NCBI GenBank assembly: GCA_951406725.2
Contig: OX597828.1
Location: 28,520,001-28,584,000, forward strand
Direction: 5' to 3'
Source of the DNA: Octopus vulgaris
Taxonomy: Eukaryota
Length of the DNA: 64,000 nt
The position numbers and the translations under genes are program-made. The stretch's first letter is position 1. Each line of letters begins with the position of its first letter. Below the pieces are notes generated by a model. The model worked only from the letters and a program-made list of their open reading frames with translations, did no database searches and was not told where the DNA came from. Below, piece by piece: positions 55,501 through 64,000 of the stretch.

Positions 55501-58500
55501 GCAGTAGTAATTTCGCGCATGCGCATTCAGACGTTTGCGCGTGCGCAGTTAGGCGTTTGCGCATGCGCAGTAGCGCTCCTGCGCATGCCCAGTTAGATGT
55601 TCGCGCATGCGCAGTCAGACGTTTGCGCATGCGCAGTCATACGTTTGCGCATGCGCAGTCACGCGTTTGCGCATGCGCGGTCAGACATTTGCGCATGCGC
55701 AGTAGCACTTACGCGCATGCGCAGTCAGAGATTCGCGCATGCGCAGTTAGACGTTAGCGCATGCGCAGTCACACGTTTGCGCATGTGCAGTCAGATGTTC
55801 GCGCATGCGCAGTCCGATGTTCGCGCATGCGCAGTAGCACTTCGGCGCATGCGCAGTCAGATGTTCGCGCATGCGCAGTCATACGTTCGCGCATGCGCAG
55901 TCAGACGTTTGCGCATGCCGCCATCGACACACGAAAAAATTGGAAGAAATGGAAAAAAATGATAAATTATTTTTTAAATCGTAGACTCATCTTAGACGCG
56001 CGCTAATACCCAGACGGGCTCGATATGAATCACGACTATAAGAAACCCGAATTTCGTTAAACTGCACCGCAAAATGTGGGAGTAATTAGGAATCTAAATC
56101 GTAGGAGACAGACACACAACTTCACTTTTATATAAGTGTTATTGCGCAGTACACACGTTCGCGCATGCGCAGTCACACGTTCGCGCATGCGCAGTCAGAC
56201 ATTCGCGCATGCGCAGTCAGACGTTCGCGCATGCGCAGTAGCTGTTTCGTGCATGCGCAGTCACACGTTTGCCCATGCGCAGTTTCACTTTTGCGCATGC
56301 GCAGTAGCACTTTCGCGCATGCGCAGTCACACGTTTGCGCATGCGCAGTAGCACTTTCGCGCATGCTCAGTCAGATGTTCGCGCATGCGCAGTCAGACGT
56401 TCGCGCATGCGCAGTAGGACTTTCGCGCATGCGCATTCAGACGTTTGCGCATGCGCATTTAGGCGTTTGCGCATGCGCAGTAGCGCTCCTGCACATGCGC
56501 AGTTAGATGTTCGCGCATGCGCACTCAGACGTTTGCGCATGCGCAGTCATACGTTTGCGCATGCGCAATCACACGTTCGCGCATGCGCAGTCACACGTTC
56601 GCGCATGCGCAGTCACACATCCGCGCATGCGCAGTATTACTTTCGCGCATGCGCAGTCAGACGTTTGCGCATGCGCAGTCACGCGTTTGCGCATGCGCGG
56701 TCAGACATTTGCGCATGCGCAGTAGCACTTTCGCGCACGCGCAGTCAGACATTTGCGCATGCGCAGTTGGACGTTAGCGCATGCGCAGTCACACGTTTGC
56801 GCATGCGCAGTCAGATTTTCGCGCATGCGCAGTCCGACGTTCGCGCATGCGCAGTAGCACTTTGGCGCATGCGCAGTCAGATGTTCGCGCATGCGCAGTC
56901 AAACGTTCGCGCATGCGCAGTCAGACGTTTGCGCATGCCGCCATCGACACACGAAAAAATTGGAAGAAATTGAAAAAAATGATAAATTATTTTTTAAATT
57001 GTAGACTCATCTTAGACGCGCGCTAATACCCAGACGGGCTCGATATGAATCACGACTATAAGAAACCCGAATTTCCCACCGCAAAATGTGGGAGTAATTA
57101 GGAATCTAAATCATAGGAGACAGACACACAACTGCACTTTTATATAAGTGTGATTGCGCAGTCACACGTTCGCGCATGCGCAGTCACATGTTCGCGCATG
57201 CGCAGTTTTACGTTCGCGCATGCGCAGTCAGACATTCGCGCATGCGCAGTCAGACGTTCGCGCATGCGCTGTAGCAGTTTCGCGCATGTGCAGTCACACG
57301 TTTGCGCATGCGCAGTTTCACTTTTGCGCATGCGCAGTAGCACTTTCGCGCCCGCGCAGTCATACGTTTGCGCATGCGCAGTAGCACTTTCGCGCATGCT
57401 CAGTCAGATGTTCGCGCATGCGCAGTCAGACGTTCGCGCATGCGCAGTAGGACTTTCGCGCATGCGCAGTAATACGTTCGCGCATGCGCAGTCGGACGTT
57501 CGCGCATGCCGCCATCGACACACGAAAAAATTGGAAGAAATGGAAAAAAATAAATTATTTTTTAAATCGTAGACTCATCTTAGACGCGCGCTAATACCCA
57601 GACGGGCTCGATATGAATCACGACTATAAGATACCCGAATTTCGTTAAACTGCACCGCAAAATGTGGGAGTAATTAGGAATCTAAATCGTAGGAGACAGA
57701 CACACAACTTCACTTCTATATAAGTGTGATTGCGCAGTCACACTTTCGCGCATGCGCAGTCACACGTTCGCGCATGCGCAGTCACATGTTCGCGCATGCG
57801 CAGTCACACGTTCACGCATGCGCAGTCAGACGTTCGCGCATTCGCAGTAGCAGTTTCGCGCATGCGCAGTCAGACGTTCGCGCATGCGCAGTAGCACTTT
57901 CGCGCATGCGAAATAATTTAACATCATTTTTTATTCCATTTTAATGCATATTTTTTTGTGTGTCGATGGCGCCGGAGTTGGCGTCCACGCTCACAGCTGC
58001 ACCTGTGTTGCTTCCCCCCTTCTCTCGTGAAGCTGTGGGGAAGGGAGTGTAATGAAATCATCGTCGTAATGCGTTGTCAAGGAGACCAGCGTTCTTTTAG
58101 AACAACGATTTCATGGCTTGAAGTCGCCAAAACAGAAATCGCTAAAACAGCTGAAACAGATCCACAAAAACGTCAATTACCGCCACACAGAGCAGGTTTC
58201 CTGTTCAAACAATTTGCACAACCGAATGTTTTAGTTGTTGCACAAATCTTTATATATAAAAGTAAGGTTGTGTGTCTGTCTCCTACGATTTAGATTCCTA
58301 ACTACTCCCACATTTTGCGGTGCAGTGTAACCAAAACCGGGTATCTTATAGTCGTGATTCATATCGAGCCCTTCTGGGTATTAGCGTGCGTCTACGATGA
58401 GTCTACGATTAAAAAAAAATTACCATCATTTTTTATTCCATTTTAATGCATTTTTCGCTATTATATAAGGGAAGTAACTCTCTAAAAATGTCTACAATGA

Positions 58501-58740
58501 GTCAACGATTAAAAAAGTTTACCATCATTTTTTATTCCATTTTAATGCATTTTTCGCTATTATATAAGGTAAGTAACTCTCTAAAAATGTCTACGATGAG
58601 TCAACGATTTAAAAAAAAATTACCATCATTTTTTATTCCATTTTTAATGCATTTTTTGCTATTTTTTGCTATAACTCACTAAAAATGCTTATATAGTTAT
58701 TTCCCTTACAAACCCGAGCAACGCCGGGCGATACTGCTAA
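49534..58740 (+). mobile_element. Composite non-autonomous Helitron swollen by a 22-bp minisatellite and inverted self-copies
   Basis: 5' end A|TCTATATATGTAAAAGTG; 3' hairpin CCCG-AGCAACGC-CGGG followed by CTAA|T. The body is homologous to 58745-59628. Confidence 0.85.
49827..57910. repeat. 22-bp minisatellite arrays (GCGCATGCGCAGT + 9-nt variable part) in ~0.5-1.2-kb macro-units
   Basis: Typical unit GCGCATGCGCAGTCAGACGTTC. Arrays are separated by reverse-complement copies of the Helitron 5' end at approximately 51002-51172, 51540-51677, 52440-52689, 53705-53926, 54678-54902, 55202-55342, 55917-56140, 56937-57152 and 57508-57729. Confidence 0.95.
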
Positions 58741-58744
58741 TATA

Positions 58745-59628
58745 TCTATATATATAAAAGTGAAGTTGTGTGAGTGTCTGTCTCCTACGATTTAGATTCC
58801 TAACTACTCCCACATTTTGCGGTGCAGTTTAACCAAATTCGGGTATCTTAGTCGTGATTCATATCGAGCCCGTCTGGGTATTAGCGCGCATCTACGATGA
58901 GTCTACGATTTTAAAAATAGTTTACCATAATTTTTTTCCATCTTAACGCATATTTTTTCGTGTGTCGATGGCGGCGGAGTTGGCGTCCATGGTCACACCT
59001 GCACCTGTTTTGCTTCTCCCCCTTCTTCCCTCCCTCGTGAAGCTTTGGGGAAGGGAATGTAAGGAAATCAACGTCGTAAAGCGTTGTCAAGGAGACCAGC
59101 GTTCTTTTAGAACAACGACTTCATGGCTTGAAGTCGCCAAAACAGAAATCGCTAAAAAAGCTGAAACAGATCCACAAAAACGGCAAAAACCGCCACACAG
59201 GGCAGGTTTCCTGTGCAAACAATTTGCACAACCGAATGTTTTAGTTGTTGCACAAATCTTTATATATAAAAGTGAAGTTGTGTGTCTGTCTCCTACGATT
59301 TCGATTCCTAACTACTCCCACATTTTGCGGTGCAGTGTAACCAAAACCGGGTATCTTATAGTCGTGATTCATTTCGAGCCCTTCTGGGTCTACGATGAGT
59401 CTACGATTTTAAAAATAATTTACCATCATTTTTCCATTTTAATGCTATTATATAAGGGAAGTAACTCTCAAAAAATGTCTACGATGAGTCAACGATTTAA
59501 AAAAAAATTACTATAATTGTTTTTCCATTTTTAATGCATTTTTTTGCTATTTTTTGGCTATAACTCTCTAAAAATGCTTTATAGTTATTTCCCTTACAAA
59601 CCCGAGCAACGCCGGGCGATACTGCTAG
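58745..59628 (+). mobile_element. Non-autonomous Helitron, array-free copy (884 bp)
   Basis: A|TCTATATATATAAAAG ... CCCGAGCAACGCCGGG-CGATACTG-CTAG|T, with no TSD and an internal duplication of its 5' region near 59260. Confidence 0.9.
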
Positions 59629-59649
59629 TATGTAATATATATATAATAT

Positions 59650-60033
59650 TCTCTTTTTCTCTCTTTTACTTGTTTCAGTCATTTGACTGCAGCCATGCTG
59701 GAGCTCCGCCTTTAATCGAGAAACTCGACCCCGGGACTTATTCTTTGTAAGCCCAAAACTTATTCTATCGGCCTCTCTTTTGCCGAACCGCTAAGTGACG
59801 GGGACACAAACACACCAGCATCGGTTGTCAAGCAATGCTAGGGGGACAAACACAGACACACAAACATACACGCACATATATATATATACATATACGACGG
59901 GCTTCTTTCAGTTTCCGTCTACCAAATCCACTCACAAGGCATTGGTCGTCCCGAGGCTATAGTAGAAGACACTTTCCCAAGGTGCCACGCAGTGGGACTG
60001 AACCCGGAACCATGTGGTTGGTTAGCAAGCTAC
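59650..60033 (-). mobile_element. SINE family A, head interrupted by LINE insertion
   Basis: Matches family A up to ...GCAAGCTACT, where the expected TACCACACAGCC is replaced by the LINE 3' end. Confidence 0.85.
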
Positions 60034-60266
60034 TTTATTTCATATAATTTGCCATTTAGGCATTTACAAAGAGAGGACAAACAAGGACAGACAAATATAA
60101 AGGGTGAAGTAGCTTAACACAGTTAAAATTTTCGAATGAAATTACGGATAAGATTATAAACAATGAGTTTTACGAAGACAATGTTTAAAAATATTATTAA
60201 TGATCATGTTGAAGGACGGACACCCAGCCATCCGGGTAGAACCTTTACTTTCTGATCCGGTCACAC

Positions 60267-63200
60267 TTACCTGGTGTCAAACATACCCAACTTGCATGCC
60301 ACAGGCTTCCATCTTTTCACAAACATATCTCGTGACAGACACCTCTTCTCCAGCCTGATTTTGCTACTGAGGTGGTAACTAAAAAAGTTAATCAACCCCA
60401 GGCCGGAGACAAAGGTGCCTGTCACTATACCTTTCGTACGCGTCTTCCATACTGTTTTTCAGTATGGCTACTACACAGAAAAAACAAGCCTTTCTTTCCG
60501 TGTTAAGGAAAGGAGGCGGCACAATCTCGATGATAGACTCAGCTGATAGCTGTACTCTTCCCATCACTGACAACAGTTGTTCAGCAAAAGCTATCAGTCC
60601 CGATAACTCCGGACACTCCACGAATGCGTGCAATACGGTTTCCCTATCCTGCTCACATCGCGGGCATGTCGGCGAGACGGCACTACCGTGCCTTGACAGC
60701 TTGTCGCGAACAGGTAAAGCCGCACGGAAACACTGCCAGGCCAGGGATTTCTGGTAATTATCCAGATACCCCGGCCCGAACGTCCTCCGGAACAGGTTGA
60801 CCAACTGATTTTCATCGTAGCCCAGGGTCTCCCCCAAGGCGTCATAGGACTTAACCTCCACTAACCCGCTATAGAAATCCGTGGTGGAACTCCTGTTGCC
60901 GGCGTTGCCCACCCGAGAGAGTAGCTGGAGCGCCTGACGGCACTCCAAATGCCATTCACTCAGTTTAGGTCTCCGCTTGATCCATGCACCGATGTCCGTT
61001 AGGGATGTTAACTGGGGAAGGTAGAACCGGACGTGCGGTGACCACACCTGCTCTCCATCCAGGTAAAGCCAGAGGTGCCTCAACCTTAACGCGAGTTTTC
61101 GCATCCTCAGCCAAGGCATCCCTAGCCCACCCTTTAGCGGTTTCTGGCAGCAGACAGAGCGCTTTACAAGTGGCTTTCCTCCTTTCCACAAAAATCGGAA
61201 AAGGATTCTCTCCAACTTGTTCAGCCACAAATCGGGGCAAGGCACCGCGGTCAGACGGTAGGTGATTACTGATGCTATAAACATCTGCACCACCTCCGCC
61301 TTCCCTAGCAGGGATAACGCCCGCCCAGACCAGGTCTGGGTTAGAGCGGTCACTTTGTTGGCCACCTCACTCCAATTTTTCTCAATCTGGAGGTCTGGCC
61401 CGAACTAGACTCCGAGCAGCTTAACAGGACCTTCCGTCCAACGCCCTACGACGTTATTGGACGGCATCGGCTTGCCTCTCCAGGTGCCGAGTTGCAAACC
61501 GACCGACTTGTCCTCGTTAACCTTTGATCCTGCGACCGCCTCGTAGCTTTTGATGGCCTCTTCCACCACTGGAAGCTGGCCTTCGTCTGCCACGATGATG
61601 GAGGTGTCATCCGCATACGCCGTAGCCCCTCTTCCACACCATAGATCATGCGGGGCGCCCCCTAGTGCCTCCAACTTCCGCAGCAAAGGCTCAAGAGCCA
61701 ATACGTATAGGAGCGAGGACAAGGGACACCCTTGACGAACTGAACGCTTGATCCTGAACGGCTTCGAAAAGAAACCGTTCACCTTGACTACAGACTCGAT
61801 GTCGCTATACAAAGCAGCGATCCAACCTCGAAAGGTCGGGCCTAGGCCAGCCTCTCCGAGGACCGCCGCCAAGTACTGATGGTCGACCCTATCAAATGCT
61901 TTGGACTGGTCTAAATGTACCAGTGCTCCCCCTGCGCCAGAAAGCTTCCCCACCCTCTCTAAGGAGTAGCGTATAAGGTGGAGATTGTCGTAGATCGTTC
62001 TGCCAGGGATAGCGCACGTTTGCGCTTCCCCGACACGTTTGTCCACGACCCGCGCCAACCTTTTTGCTAGCACCTTGGCCAGAATCTTTAACTCTGTGTT
62101 CAACAGAGTTATGGGCCTGAAGTTCCCTATCTCGTCCCCCTTGTTCGGGTCCTTCCTGATCAACGTCACCGCCCCCCGGCTCGCAGACTTGGGAATTCTC
62201 CCATTCTGCTGCCAGTTGGCGTAGACGCTAGCCAGCAGGTGCCCGAACAAGTCTGGCATACTTTTATAAAATTCATAGGGCAGACCATCGAGACCCGGCG
62301 ACTTCTCCCCGCGGCACTTGCCCAACACCTCGATTACTTCCTCGGCTGTGATTGGCCCTTCACAGCACTCAGCCTCTTGTGTCGAGAGGCGCGGGCCACC
62401 AGACAGGAAGTCCCTAAGGGCTTCAACATGATCCAGCGTCCCGCACCTCCCGAACAACTCGGCGAAGTGCTTGTGAAGTGCCTCACACATCTCATCCCGC
62501 TTCTTGATCGTGCATCCGTTTTCATCAACAAGAGACCCAATTGTGGCATCGTTGCCACGCTGTGTTTCTATCGTACGGGCCCATCCGGCAACATTAATTC
62601 CCTCACGGCCCAATGCTCGTACTTTAGCCCGAACTCTACATCCCTTATGTTTGGTTTTGAGGTGACGGTCTAATGCCGTTCTCGCCGCTAAAATGTGAGA
62701 TGCAGAGCCCAACCTCAACGCCTCCTCTAAGTTCTTAACTAGTTGCCCTTCTATTCTAGCCCTAACTAGTCTTAGTTGTTTACTAAATCTAATGGACTCG
62801 AATCGAATGGCTCTTTTGAGGGCGAACCACCACCGGTTATTAACCACGGCTCCGGTTAACGCCCTCTGCACTAACTCCTTAATCCGGCTACGGTATGCCT
62901 CGCGAGTCAAAATAGACTTGTTCAGCTTCCAGTAGCCGGTTCCTATCTTAAGTGTGCTATCTATGTCCAGTCTACACGTGACCATTCTATGGTCAGTATA
63001 GGGCACCTGGACGAGCTGTGGACAACTAAAACTAGACTTATCTCTAGTTCTTATCACTATCCTGTCTAGATAAGACTTGAACCTTCCGTCGCCACTCATC
63101 CAGGTCCACTCTGGGACGTTCGGATGGTCAAGTCTGTAACGATCTGCCAGCTGAAACCGCTTAAGCAGATCCACGAGACGTGAGTTCACTTTCCTATAGA

Positions 63201-63666
63201 TCGAGCCAACGCTATCGATGTGTACGTCAACGATAGCATTAAAGTCCCCTAATATCACTAAAGTCTTCGACGTCACGAGAAAGCCCTCTAGGCGCCGATA
63301 AAAATCAGTTTGGAAACCTCTAGCACAAGGTGCATAGAGTCCGGTCAACCTGAAGGCCTTACTGCTGTATGTCACATCAAGGACGACCAGCCCATCTTCT
63401 GGGTCTACATAGACTGTACTTGTCTGCAGAGCCAAGTCTTTACGGATCAGTACCACTACACCCCCTCGCCCTCCGGTCTGGCCAGGAGACATGATTTTCT
63501 CGTAGCCATTCAGGAGAGGCGAGAAGGTTTGTAGGCTGTCCAGCTTGGTCTCTGTAGCAACCATCACATGTATATCATGTGATCTGAGGTCGTCGAGGAA
63601 ACAAGCCTGCTTCCACTTCGAACTCAGACCACACACATTTAAACAACCAAGGTTAAGAGAAGCCAT
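60267..63666 (-). pseudogene. ORF2 (APE endonuclease + reverse transcriptase + zf-RVT) with one nonsense codon and one frameshift
   Basis: APE motifs LNVCGL, ETK, GDFNA, LDRI and TDH; RT motifs SPGLDG, FRPITLLN, DQSKAFDRV, RQGCPLS and YADD; then CPRC...HAFVEC. The TAG at 61405-61407 is in frame with the 60388-61365 ORF (LLGV*FGPDLQIEKNW). A frameshift in the A-run near 60455 hides ...TVWKTR...FVKRW...FDTR*, ending at 60267. Confidence 0.9.
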
Positions 63667-63683
63667 TACAAAAAGTAAAAGTT

Positions 63684-64000
63684 CTACTTACATTTCATTG
63701 GAAAGGTTGGGGCCGACCTCACCACACATTTGTGGACCCCTTCTTTCTCCTCCTTCTTCGGATAGTCCGGCAAGTTCGCCATATGCCGGATGGCGTTTGG
63801 TTGTCTGTCTTTTAATTGTTTGAACGTTGTTTCCGCAATCCACGCACATCTCTCGTTTCGATCTTTGTATTTGTTGTACAGTCTTGCTGACTGATGCGGA
63901 ACCACAATATCGTTTATGTATTTGTTTTGTGTGTCGAATTCAATTAATATGAGTTCATTTTTTTTGTCTTCTTTTTCTGGGCCAGCTGAGCGGGATTTTT
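63684..64000 (-). CDS. Probable LINE ORF1 C-terminus (partial)
   Basis: The frame is open to the window edge (KSRSAGPEKEDKKNELILIEF...PMKCK*) and stops 17 nt upstream of the ORF2 ATG. Confidence 0.55.
   Translation of the reverse strand, partial: KSRSAGPEKEDKKNELILIEFDTQNKYINDIVVPHQSARLYNKYKDRNERCAWIAETTFKQLKDRQPNAIRHMANLPDYPKKEEKEGVHKCVVRSAPTFPMKCK

Larger units (their letters stand above)
60034..64000 (-). mobile_element. Tx1/L1-clade non-LTR retrotransposon (extends beyond window)
   Basis: ORF1 C-terminus, APE-RT-zinc finger ORF2, and a 3' UTR ending in AATAAA (60034-60039, minus strand). Confidence 0.92.

Noticed and set aside
49827-57910. CRISPR array (constant palindromic repeat plus variable spacer)
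   Set aside because: The spacers are only ~9 nt, reused and related to each other. There are no cas genes, and the context is eukaryotic and inside a Helitron.
49694-57944. ORFs with MRSHTFAHAQS/RACAV repeats
   Set aside because: These are translations of a 22-bp repeat cycling through all frames on both strands.
57958-59516. ORFs inside the Helitrons as a captured gene or RepHel
   Set aside because: There are no Rep or helicase motifs, the reading frames differ between copies, and they run through internal repeats.
60464-63823. Alternative-frame and antisense ORFs over the LINE
   Set aside because: They are shadows of the GC-richer ORF2.

Overview
This is AT-rich, microsatellite-dense animal DNA, probably intergenic or intronic; the SINE families suggest an octopus or other cephalopod (inference). 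No host protein-coding gene is supported, and most ORF-track entries are translations of simple repeats. The window holds several tRNA-derived SINE families, degraded LINE remnants (CR1-like, RTE-like, R4/Dong-like RLE), Penelope-like (GIY-YIG) remnants, hAT and pogo MITEs, a decayed hAT/Charlie transposase, and a nearly intact Tx1/L1-clade LINE (60.0-64.0 kb, minus strand). Two structures stand out. First, a ~9.2-kb composite non-autonomous Helitron (49534-58740) carries roughly 280 (estimated) 22-bp units built on the palindrome GCGCATGCGC, the NRF1/Ewg-type consensus, arranged as a higher-order repeat with fold-back inversions and followed head-to-tail by an array-free copy of the same Helitron. 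Second, there is a dispersed set of minimal hammerhead ribozyme motifs, including a repeated family with a non-canonical CUGUNGA core and a tRNA-headed element with inverted hammerhead arms and a target-site duplication.
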